Assembly (NCBI GenBank): GCA_946965045.2
Contig: OX337234.1
Location: 3,162,001 to 3,226,000, forward strand
Direction: 5' to 3'
Length of the DNA: 64,000 nt
Source: Epithemia pelagica
Taxonomy: Eukaryota; Protista; Bacillariophyta
Below are positions 19,620 to 29,371 of the stretch, piece after piece; the stretch's first letter is position 1; every line of letters starts with the position of its first letter. The translations under genes and the position numbers were made by a program. The notes below the pieces were generated by a model. That model saw nothing but the letters and a program-made list of their open reading frames with translations. It was not told where the DNA came from and searched no databases.

Positions 19620-22043
19620 ATGCCTGAGCAAAGTGTTTGGGTCAAGGTCATCCAGAAAACGGGCGGAGACAATTACGAGGACCTCGGAGATCCGTTTCAG
19701 ATATTGCCGCGTCCGGCGAACGTGAGTGACTTGCGCAACAAAGTCAAGGAAGAGGCGGCAAACAACCTTGCGCATGTTGACGCTAATGAACTCCTTGTGT
19801 TCGCGCCTGATAAAGACTACGAGAATGATAAACCTCAACTTTCTGTAAGTGGCGCCATGGCAGACAGAGACGACAAAGCGGAGGGTGACAAAAGAGATTC
19901 TAGTCCAGCAAAAGGAGGAGGGCGAGGGCGAATGAGCGGGATGGGTCGCGGGCGAGGACGAGGTGGTGCACGCCATGCGTCTGATTATTGGAGCCTCGCC
20001 CAGCCAGAATTTCGTCAATGGTTATCCAACATTACTACCAAGGCCGAATACAACAGGCTCTCAATAGCGGAACGAGGGCAGCTTCTTCGCGATTTTGGAA
20101 TCTCGCAGCAACGCGGTGACGGTGATACTCCACAGGTAAGTCTGAATGTGTGTTTTGTTTTGTTTTGTTTGTTCTCAACCATTGAAAAACCATTGAAACT
20201 CACTCATAATTTGTTCCATGCGTCACAGCCAACCGTGAAGGGCTTACTGAAAGAAGAGCCATCTGCAAAGAAGGCAAAAAACTTCTCTGAGCTTGTCGCC
20301 AAGGATGACTACCAAGCCGCAGTCAAATTGCTTAAAGAAAGTGCGGGAGGATACCTTGCAAGAGGATTCAATCCCAAGGTATACCGCGAACCTCATCTTT
20401 CTATGGGCACGTGGAACAAAGAGGAGATTCAGCAACAACTGTGCAAAAAGCGCGAATTGATTGAAAAAAGACTTGCTTCTTTCAAGCCCACCGATCGTCA
20501 GAAGGTTGTTCTCGGACTTCGCTGTGGCTCCGGATTCGGAAAAACTCACATCCTGACGGAAGCCCCTGAATTACTTGCCGCTGAGGGCTTGTACGTCACG
20601 TACAACCAGTATCAAGACTTATCGACAGACAAAGATGATCCGGTGAAAGCTCTGCTCATTCGGTTGTTACTTGCCATGTGTGGATGCGCTTCGCAAGACG
20701 CGGGGCAGTTCTTCAAAGAGCCGGCTTCCAGACAATTTTTTGATGTTTCGGTGGAAACACTTCGTGCGTGTTTTGTCGGATATGCTAAGGAAAGATTCGA
20801 GGCGAAAGATCTTGTCATTGGTGTTGACGAGATAATGGACCTTGCCAAACTTAGTTTTCCGGCTGCCCAGTTAGTCATATCCGAACTTGCGTACCTCTCT
20901 TTCTCATTTAAGTCCAACAAACCGGTTTCAAGATGCACTGTCCTGGTCAGTTCTTTGGAGGAGAGCGTCTTTGCGACAAGGAGTGGGCGGCCTGTTGAAG
21001 ATTGGAATCCAAGAAAGGCAAACCGCGCTGCACTTGAATATTTTGCGGCATCCACGGCAGGAGACAAGGAAAATTATATGGCTCTTGTTAACGCAATTTG
21101 TGGCGCGCATATGCGATCGATTGTCGTTGCCTTTGATCTCCTAAAGCAGGGACACGCACCACGAGTTCGTGACCTGTACAATTCACTATATGAAAGGATG
21201 GGATTGAAGCTGACTGTGCCAGAGTTGAGTGAGGTTTGCGTCTACGTTGAAGCATGTATCACGTCTAAAGCTGATCCATCTCCCTCCAACAACCTTGAAT
21301 CAATTGTTGGAGAGGACTTGGCTGTCCCTCCAGTGATCACGATGAAGGCGTTTGACAACTCACCAGCTCTTTCTAAGCGGCTTGAAGAGCTTTTTAATGC
21401 ATTCCATCTTTGTGATGGAGGGCCAGGAAAGCAGCTGGAGGAAATATCCAAGGCGTATGATTTCTTTCGGGCAGAATTACGTCTACCTATTGTACCCGCC
21501 AAAGCACGTATCTGCATTCCAAAGGGTCCTGGCTTTGAGACGGCGGAATGGTTCCGGTCATTGCGTTTCCCTCAAGCCATGGAGGAGAGCCGCGACGCGC
21601 TGCTGGAAACGCGGTCCGTTCTTTGCGGGTCAAGGAGTCGAAAAGAAGTGGTTGCGACGGCGGTGGTCCCTACGTTTGGTATGTACTATCACCCAGCCGT
21701 TAGTAATCACCCCTGGCTTGATCGTTTGGTTGTTGGACAACACTCGAAGGATTCCTTTTGCTTGGTAATTTATCAAGACAAAGTGAATGCCGCTGACTTT
21801 CCAGATGCATGCAAGAAACTGAACAAGGCAGCGAATGTTCTATCTGGACCACACCAAGTTTTGCTTGTCGTTAACGTGATTGGAGCGTCGATCAACACCA
21901 CAGCTCAGGCGAGTCTGGAGCGACCCTACATTCTTATTAGGGAAGGAGACGAAGTGAGTTCTTTCTATTCTCGCAATTTCGCCGAAATGGTGCGATACAG
22001 TCGGGAGAGACACCTTCTTTCTACCAATTCGAAAACGGTGTGA
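19620..22043 (+). CDS. CR-type effector copy 3 with swapped-in RGG/helical header; probable intron 20136-20228
   Basis: Same NTPase/REase body; 418-bp foreign segment 19833-20250; intron cag|gtaagt...ctcactcat...cacag, 93 nt, stop-free. Confidence 0.8.
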   Translation: MPEQSVWVKVIQKTGGDNYEDLGDPFQILPRPANVSDLRNKVKEEAANNLAHVDANELLVFAPDKDYENDKPQLSVSGAMADRDDKAEGDKRDSSPAKGGGRGRMSGMGRGRGRGGARHASDYWSLAQPEFRQWLSNITTKAEYNRLSIAERGQLLRDFGISQQRGDGDTPQVSLNVCFVLFCLFSTIEKPLKLTHNLFHASQPTVKGLLKEEPSAKKAKNFSELVAKDDYQAAVKLLKESAGGYLARGFNPKVYREPHLSMGTWNKEEIQQQLCKKRELIEKRLASFKPTDRQKVVLGLRCGSGFGKTHILTEAPELLAAEGLYVTYNQYQDLSTDKDDPVKALLIRLLLAMCGCASQDAGQFFKEPASRQFFDVSVETLRACFVGYAKERFEAKDLVIGVDEIMDLAKLSFPAAQLVISELAYLSFSFKSNKPVSRCTVLVSSLEESVFATRSGRPVEDWNPRKANRAALEYFAASTAGDKENYMALVNAICGAHMRSIVVAFDLLKQGHAPRVRDLYNSLYERMGLKLTVPELSEVCVYVEACITSKADPSPSNNLESIVGEDLAVPPVITMKAFDNSPALSKRLEELFNAFHLCDGGPGKQLEEISKAYDFFRAELRLPIVPAKARICIPKGPGFETAEWFRSLRFPQAMEESRDALLETRSVLCGSRSRKEVVATAVVPTFGMYYHPAVSNHPWLDRLVVGQHSKDSFCLVIYQDKVNAADFPDACKKLNKAANVLSGPHQVLLVVNVIGASINTTAQASLERPYILIREGDEVSSFYSRNFAEMVRYSRERHLLSTNSKTV

Positions 22044-23047
22044 ACTTCCTAGTCGATGGAGAGGGGAGGAAAGAAGATCTGGCAATCCTCCCCCCCACCA
22101 TCCTGGGGAGACCTTTGCAGATGATGGACAACAGTAAGTACAAGTTTGTATTGTTCCTTCTCAAGAGGAAATTATCTTGCCCTATCTGGAAGGTTCCTTT
22201 GAACGATTCGGAAATGAGATCCAGAATAGGCATTCTTTTGACGTATATCGATTCGATATACGTCAATATCGATCCAATAATTGGAGATAACTCATAATTG
22301 TTGTGGTGATCATCCCACTCTCATCACTTTCACCGCCCATTCTCGGATTCATTCACTCGTTGCCATCATCTTTGGGGAATCGCCCGACCCCTGCTTTTGA
22401 AACCAGAGCGTGTATTGGTACTCCTATTTCCTACTCCTTCCGTCTATCTCGATTGTCGATAGTCGATGTTTGTTTTTAGGAGTACTAAACGTATATATAT
22501 CACAGATCACAGAGTAGACTTTGCACTGTCAACTGTCAGACGACTTGGCTGTCTGTGCTTCGCCCGCCGCCATAGTCCAAAGACAAGAATGTCTTAGCTA
22601 CGTCTGTTGCGACACAAGTTTCCAGCTCCGCGTTATTGGTCGAGCGTCGAGCCACACACCATGATGAAATGGAAAACGCAAGTCTCGTTTTCACGAAAAC
22701 TTGAAATCTCACCGCGAACCACGCACCACGCATCGAAAATCGTAATGAAAACAGTCATCCTCCCTTTTGCTTCCTTGAGCACCCATGCTTTTCACGTCTT
22801 GGATACGACAAGATCGAATCCTTTTCAAGAACATGGCACAACGTTGGATCGGTCGCCAAGACAAGTGATTCATCCATTTCAAAAACGTGCCATGGTGGTT
22901 GTTTCTCAGCATAAACCAGGAGAAAATGTGTCCGACCACAACATATCCTCTGGTCCGAACGATGAGGCATCGTCTTCAGGCGCTCTACAGCCATCCCTAC
23001 CAGTGAACAACGCCAACTTCCCCGTCAAAGAAGGCAATCAAGGAAAC

Positions 23048-25471
23048 ATGCCTGAGCAAAGTGTTTGGGTCAAGGTCATCCAGAAAACGGGCGGAGACAA
23101 TTACGAGGACCTCGGAGATCCGTTTCAGATATTGCCGCGTCCGGCGAACGTGAGTGACTTGCGCAACAAAGTCAAGGAAGAGGCGGCAAACAACCTTGCG
23201 CATGTTGACGCTAATGAACTCCTTGTGTTCGCGCCTGATAAAGACTACGAGAATGATAAACCTCAACTTTCTGTAAGTGGCGCCATGGCAGACAGAGACG
23301 ACAAAGCGGAGGGTGACAAAAGAGATTCTAGTCCAGCAAAAGGAGGAGGGCGAGGGCGAATGAGCGGGATGGGTCGCGGGCGAGGACGAGGTGGTGCACG
23401 CCATGCGTCTGATTATTGGAGCCTCGCCCAGCCAGAATTTCGTCAATGGTTATCCAACATTACTACCAAGGCCGAATACAACAGGCTCTCAATAGCGGAA
23501 CGAGGGCAGCTTCTTCGCGATTTTGGAATCTCGCAGCAACGCGGTGACGGTGATACTCCACAGGTAAGTCTGAATGTGTGTTTTGTTTTGTTTTGTTTGT
23601 TCTCAACCATTGAAAAACCATTGAAACTCACTCATAATTTGTTCCATGCGTCACAGCCAACCGTGAAGGGCTTACTGAAAGAAGAGCCATCTGCAAAGAA
23701 GGCAAAAAACTTCTCTGAGCTTGTCGCCAAGGATGACTACCAAGCCGCAGTCAAATTGCTTAAAGAAAGTGCGGGAGGATACCTTGCAAGAGGATTCAAT
23801 CCCAAGGTATACCGCGAACCTCATCTTTCTATGGGCACGTGGAACAAAGAGGAGATTCAGCAACAACTGTGCAAAAAGCGCGAATTGATTGAAAAAAGAC
23901 TTGCTTCTTTCAAGCCCACCGATCGTCAGAAGGTTGTTCTCGGACTTCGCTGTGGCTCCGGTTTCGGAAAAACTCACATCCTGACGGAAGCCCCTGAATT
24001 ACTTGCCGCTGAGGGCTTGTACGTCACGTACAACCAGTATCAAGACTTATCGACAGACAAAGATGATCCGGTGAAAGCTCTGCTCATTCGGTTGTTACTT
24101 GCCATGTGTGGATGCGCTTCGCAAGACGCGGGGCAGTTCTTCAAAGAGCCGGCTTCCAGACAATTTTTTGATGTTTCGGTGGAAACACTTCGTGCGTGTT
24201 TTGTCGGATATGCTAAGGAAAGATTCGAGGCGAAAGATCTTGTCATTGGTGTTGACGAGATAATGGACCTTGCCAAACTTAGTTTTCCGGCTGCCCAGTT
24301 AGTCATATCCGAACTTGCGTACCTCTCTTTCTCATTTAAGTCCAACAAACCGGTTTCAAGATGCACTGTCCTGGTCAGTTCTTTGGAGGAGAGCGTCTTT
24401 GCGACAAGGAGTGGGCGGCCTGTTGAAGATTGGAATCCAAGAAAGGCAAACCGCGCTGCACTTGAATATTTTGCGGCATCCACGGCAGGAGACAAGGAAA
24501 ATTATATGGCTCTTGTTAACGCAATTTGTGGCGCGCATATGCGATCGATTGTCGTTGCCTTTGATCTCCTAAAGCAGGGACACGCACCACGAGTTCGTGA
24601 CCTGTACAATTCACTATATGAAAGGATGGGATTGAAGCTGACTGTGCCAGAGTTGAGTGAGGTTTGCGTCTACGTTGAAGCATGTATCACGTCTAAAGCT
24701 GATCCATCTCCCTCCAACAAACTTGAATCAATTGTTGGAGAGGACTTGGCTGTCCCTCCAGTGATCACGATGAAGGCGTTTGACAACTCACCAGCTCTTT
24801 CTAAGCGGCTTGAAGAGCTTTTTAATGCATTCCATCTTTGTGATGGAGGGCCAGGAAAGCAGCTGGAGGAAATATCCAAGGCGTATGATTTCTTTCGGGC
24901 AGAATTACGTCTACCTATTGTACCCGCCAAAGCACGTATCTGCATTCCAAAGGGTCCTGGCTTTGAGACGGCGGAATGGTTCCGGTCATTGCGTTTCCCT
25001 CAAGCCATGGAGGAGAGCCGCGACGCGCTGCTGGAAACGCGGTCCGTTCTTTGCGGGTCAAGGAGTCGAAAAGAAGTGGTTGCGACGGCGGTGGTCCCTA
25101 CGTTTGGTATGTACTATCACCCAGCTGTTAGTAATCACCCCTGGCTTGATCGTTTGGTTGTTGGACAACACTCGAAGGATTCCTTTTGCTTGGTAATTTA
25201 TCAAGACAAAGTGAATGCCGCTGACTTTCCAGATGCATGCAAGAAACTGAACAAGGCAGCGAATGTTCTATCTGGACCACACCAAGTTTTGCTTGTCGTT
25301 AACGTGATTGGAGCGACGACCAACACCACAGCTCAGGCGAGTCTGGAGCGACCCTACATTCTTATTAGGGAAGGAGACGAAGTGAGTTCTTTCTATTCTC
25401 GCAATTTCGCCGAAATGGTGCGATACAGTCGGGAGAGACACCTTCTTTCTACCAATTCGAAAACGGTGTGA
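23048..25471 (+). CDS. CR-type effector copy 4; probable intron 23564-23656
   Basis: Tandem copy of 19620-22043 (+3428). Confidence 0.8.
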   Translation: MPEQSVWVKVIQKTGGDNYEDLGDPFQILPRPANVSDLRNKVKEEAANNLAHVDANELLVFAPDKDYENDKPQLSVSGAMADRDDKAEGDKRDSSPAKGGGRGRMSGMGRGRGRGGARHASDYWSLAQPEFRQWLSNITTKAEYNRLSIAERGQLLRDFGISQQRGDGDTPQVSLNVCFVLFCLFSTIEKPLKLTHNLFHASQPTVKGLLKEEPSAKKAKNFSELVAKDDYQAAVKLLKESAGGYLARGFNPKVYREPHLSMGTWNKEEIQQQLCKKRELIEKRLASFKPTDRQKVVLGLRCGSGFGKTHILTEAPELLAAEGLYVTYNQYQDLSTDKDDPVKALLIRLLLAMCGCASQDAGQFFKEPASRQFFDVSVETLRACFVGYAKERFEAKDLVIGVDEIMDLAKLSFPAAQLVISELAYLSFSFKSNKPVSRCTVLVSSLEESVFATRSGRPVEDWNPRKANRAALEYFAASTAGDKENYMALVNAICGAHMRSIVVAFDLLKQGHAPRVRDLYNSLYERMGLKLTVPELSEVCVYVEACITSKADPSPSNKLESIVGEDLAVPPVITMKAFDNSPALSKRLEELFNAFHLCDGGPGKQLEEISKAYDFFRAELRLPIVPAKARICIPKGPGFETAEWFRSLRFPQAMEESRDALLETRSVLCGSRSRKEVVATAVVPTFGMYYHPAVSNHPWLDRLVVGQHSKDSFCLVIYQDKVNAADFPDACKKLNKAANVLSGPHQVLLVVNVIGATTNTTAQASLERPYILIREGDEVSSFYSRNFAEMVRYSRERHLLSTNSKTV

Positions 25472-26475
25472 ACTTCCTAGTCGATGGAGAGGGGAGGAAA
25501 GAAGATCTGGCAATCCTCCCCCCCACCATCCTGGGGAGACCTTTGCAGATGATGGACAACAGTAAGTACAAGTTTGTATTGTTCCTTCTCAAGAGGAAAT
25601 TATCTTGCCCTATCTGGAAGGTTCCTTTGAACGATTCGGAAATGAGATCCAGAATAGGCATTCTTTTGACGTATATCGATTCGATATACGTCAATATCGA
25701 TCCAATAATTGGAGATAACTCATAATTGTTGTGGTGATCATCCCACTCTCATCACTTTCACCGCCCATTCTCGGATTCATTCACTCGTTGCCATCATCTT
25801 TGGGGAATCGCCCGACCCCTGCTTTTGAAACCAGAGCGTGTATTGGTACTCCTATTTCCTACTCCTTCCGTCTATCTCGATTGTCGATAGTCGATGTTTG
25901 TTTTTAGGAGTACTAAACGTATATATATCACAGATCACAGAGTAGACTTTGCACTGTCAACTGTCAGACGACTTGGCTGTCTGTGCTTCGCCCGCCGCCA
26001 TAGTCCAAAGACAAGAATGTCTTAGCTACGTCTGTTGCGACACAAGTTTCCAGCTCCGCGTTATTGGTCGAGCGTCGAGCCACACACCATGATGAAATGG
26101 AAAACGCAAGTCTCGTTTTCACGAAAACTTGAAATCTCACCGCGAACCACGCACCACGCATCGAAAATCGTAATGAAAACAGTCATCCTCCCTTTTGCTT
26201 CCTTGAGCACCCATGCTTTTCACGTCTTGGATACGACAAGATCGAATCCTTTTCAAGAACATGGCACAACGTTGGATCGGTCGCCAAGACAAGTGATTCA
26301 TCCATTTCAAAAACGTGCCATGGTGGTTGTTTCTCAGCATAAACCAGGAGAAAATGTGTCCGACCACAACATATCCTCTGGTCCGAACGATGAGGCATCG
26401 TCTTCAGGCGCTCTACAGCCATCCCTACCAGTGAACAACGCCAACTTCCCCGTCAAAGAAGGCAATCAAGGAAAC

Positions 26476-28899
26476 ATGCCTGAGCAAAGTGTTTGGGTCA
26501 AGGTCATCCAGAAAACGGGCGGAGACAATTACGAGGACCTCGGAGATCCGTTTCAGATATTGCCGCGTCCGGCGAACGTGAGTGACTTGCGCAACAAAGT
26601 CAAGGAAGAGGCGGCAAACACCCTTGCGCATGTTGACGCTAATGAACTCCTTGTGTTCGCGCCTGATAAAGACTACGAGAATGATAAACCTCAACTTTCT
26701 GTAAGTGGCGCCATGGCAGACAGAGACGACAAAGCGGAGGGTGACAAAAGAGATTCTAGTCCAGCAAAAGGAGGAGGGCGAGGGCGAATGAGCGGGATGG
26801 GTCGCGGGCGAGGACGAGGTGGTGCACGCCATGCGTCTGATTATTGGAGCCTCGCCCAGCCAGAATTTCGTCAATGGTTATCCAACATTACTACCAAGGC
26901 CGAATACAACAGGCTCTCAATAGCGGAACGAGGGCAGCTTCTTCGCGATTTTGGAATCTCGCAGCAACGCGGTGACGGTGATACTCCACAGGTAAGTCTG
27001 AATGTGTGTTTTGTTTTGTTTTGTTTGTTCTCAACCATTGAAAAACCATTGAAACTCACTCATAATTTGTTCCATGCGTCACAGCCAACCGTGAAGGGCT
27101 TACTGAAAGAAGAGCCATCTGCAAAGAAGGCAAAAAACTTCTCTGAGCTTGTCGCCAAGGATGACTACCAAGCCGCAGTCAAATTGCTTAAAGAAAGTGC
27201 GGGAGGATACCTTGCAAGAGGATTCAATCCCAAGGTATACCGCGAACCTCATCTTTCTATGGGCACGTGGAACAAAGAGGAGATTCAGCAACAACTGTGC
27301 AAAAAGCGCGAATTGATTGAAAAAAGACTTGCTTCTTTCAAGCCCACCGATCGTCAGAAGGTTGTTCTCGGACTTCGCTGTGGCTCCGGTTTCGGAAAAA
27401 CTCACATCCTGACGGAAGCCCCTGAATTACTTGCCGCTGAGGGCTTGTACGTCACGTACAACCAGTATCAAGACTTATCGACAGACAAAGATGATCCGGT
27501 GAAAGCTCTGCTCATCCGGTTGTTACTTGCCATGTGTGGATGCGCTTCGCATCACGCGGGGCAGTTCTTCAAAGAGTCGGCTTCCAGACAATTTTTTGAT
27601 GTTTCGGTGGAAACACTTCGTGCGTGTTTTGTCGGATATGCTAAGGAAAGATTCGAGGCGAAAGATCTTGTCATTGGTGTTGACGAGGTAATGGATCTTG
27701 CCAAACTTAGTTTTTCGGCTGCCCAGTTAGTCATATCCGAACTTGCGTACCTCTCTTTCTCATTTAAGTCCAACAAACCGGTTTCAAGATGCACTGTCCT
27801 GGTCAGTTCTTTGGAGGGGAGCGTCTTTAGGACAAAGAGTGGGCGGCCTGTTGAAGATTGGAATCCAAGAAAGGCAAACCGCGCTGCACTTGAATATTTT
27901 GCGGCATCCACGGCAGGAGACAAGGAAAATTATATGGCTCTTGTTAACGCAATTTGTGGCGCGCATATGCGATCGATTGTCGTTGCCTTTGATCTCCTAA
28001 AGCAGGGACACGCACCACGAGTTCGTGACCTGTACAATTCACTATATGAAAGGATGGGATTGAAGCTGACTGTGCCAGAGTTGAGTGAGGTTTGCGTCTA
28101 CGTTGAAGCATGTATCACGTCTAAAGCTGATCCATCTCCCTCCAACAACCTTGAATCAATTGTTGGAGAGGACTTGGCTGTCCCTCCAGTGATCACGATG
28201 AAGGCGTTTGACAACTCACCAGCTCTTTCTAAGCGGCTTGAAGAGCTTTTTAATGCATTCCATCTTTGTGATGGAGGGCCAGGAAAGCAGCTGGAGGAAA
28301 TATCCAAGGCGTATGATTTCTTTCGGGCAGAATTACGTCTACCTATTGTACCCGCCAAAGCACGTATCTGCATTCCAAAGGGTCCTGGCTTTGAGACGGC
28401 GGAATGGTTCCGGTCATTGCGTTTCCCTCAAGCCATGGAGGAGAGCCGCGACGCGCTGCTGGAAACGCGGTCCGTTCTTTGCGGGTCAAGGAGTCGAAAA
28501 GAAGTGGTTGCGACGGTGGTGGTCCCTACGTTTGGTATGTACTATCACCCAGCCGTTAGTAATCACCCCTGGCTTGATCGTTTGGTTGTTGGACAACACT
28601 CGAAGGATTCCTTTTGCTTGGTAATTTATCAAGACAAAGTGAATGCCGCTGACTTTCCAGATGCATGCAAGAAACTGAACAAGGCAGCGAATGTTCTATC
28701 TGGACCACACCAAGTTTTGCTTGTCGTTAACGTGATTGGAGCGACGACCAACACCACAGCTCAGGCGAGTCTGGAGCGACCCTACATTCTTATTAGGGAA
28801 GGAGACGAAGTGAGTTCTTTCTATTCTCGCAATTTCGCCGAAATGGTGCGATACAGTCGGGAGAGACACCTTCTTTCTACCAATTCGAAAACGGTGTGA
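26476..28899 (+). CDS. CR-type effector copy 5; probable intron 26992-27084
   Basis: Tandem copy (+6856) with a cluster of substitutions at 27516-27836. Confidence 0.8.
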   Translation: MPEQSVWVKVIQKTGGDNYEDLGDPFQILPRPANVSDLRNKVKEEAANTLAHVDANELLVFAPDKDYENDKPQLSVSGAMADRDDKAEGDKRDSSPAKGGGRGRMSGMGRGRGRGGARHASDYWSLAQPEFRQWLSNITTKAEYNRLSIAERGQLLRDFGISQQRGDGDTPQVSLNVCFVLFCLFSTIEKPLKLTHNLFHASQPTVKGLLKEEPSAKKAKNFSELVAKDDYQAAVKLLKESAGGYLARGFNPKVYREPHLSMGTWNKEEIQQQLCKKRELIEKRLASFKPTDRQKVVLGLRCGSGFGKTHILTEAPELLAAEGLYVTYNQYQDLSTDKDDPVKALLIRLLLAMCGCASHHAGQFFKESASRQFFDVSVETLRACFVGYAKERFEAKDLVIGVDEVMDLAKLSFSAAQLVISELAYLSFSFKSNKPVSRCTVLVSSLEGSVFRTKSGRPVEDWNPRKANRAALEYFAASTAGDKENYMALVNAICGAHMRSIVVAFDLLKQGHAPRVRDLYNSLYERMGLKLTVPELSEVCVYVEACITSKADPSPSNNLESIVGEDLAVPPVITMKAFDNSPALSKRLEELFNAFHLCDGGPGKQLEEISKAYDFFRAELRLPIVPAKARICIPKGPGFETAEWFRSLRFPQAMEESRDALLETRSVLCGSRSRKEVVATVVVPTFGMYYHPAVSNHPWLDRLVVGQHSKDSFCLVIYQDKVNAADFPDACKKLNKAANVLSGPHQVLLVVNVIGATTNTTAQASLERPYILIREGDEVSSFYSRNFAEMVRYSRERHLLSTNSKTV

Positions 28900-29371
28900 A
28901 CTTCCTAGTCGATGGAGAGGGGAGGAAAGAAGATCTGGCAATCCTCCCCCCACCATCCTGGGGAGACCTTTGCAGATGATGGACAACAGTAAGTACAAGT
29001 TTGTATTGTTCCTTCTCAAGAGGAAATTATCTTGCCCTATCTGGAAGGTTCCTTTGAACGATTCGGAAATGAGATCCAGAATAGGCATTCTTTTGACGTA
29101 TATCGATTCGATATACGTCAATATCGATCCAATAATTGGAGATAACTCATAATTGTTGTGGTGATCATCCCACTCTCATCACTTTCACCGCCCATTCTCG
29201 GATTCATTCACTCGTTGCCATCATCTTTGGGGAATCGCCCGACCCCTGCTTTTGAAACCAGAGCGTGTATTGGTACTCCTATTTCCTACTCCTTCGATTG
29301 TCGATAGTCGATGTTTGTTTTTAGGAGTACTAAACGTATATATATCACAGATCACAGAGTAGACTTTGCAC

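Larger units (their letters stand above)
15884..29371 (+). repeat. Tandem array, 3428-bp period, ~4 units (ISCA2 fragment + CR-NTPase gene + spacer)
   Basis: Stop codons at 18615, 22043, 25471 and 28899 are each 3428 bp apart; units are near-identical. Confidence 0.95.

Noticed and set aside
15884-29371. CRISPR-like or phase-variable repeat array
   Set aside because: The repeats are kilobase gene-containing units with no short repeat-spacer structure, and the context is eukaryotic.
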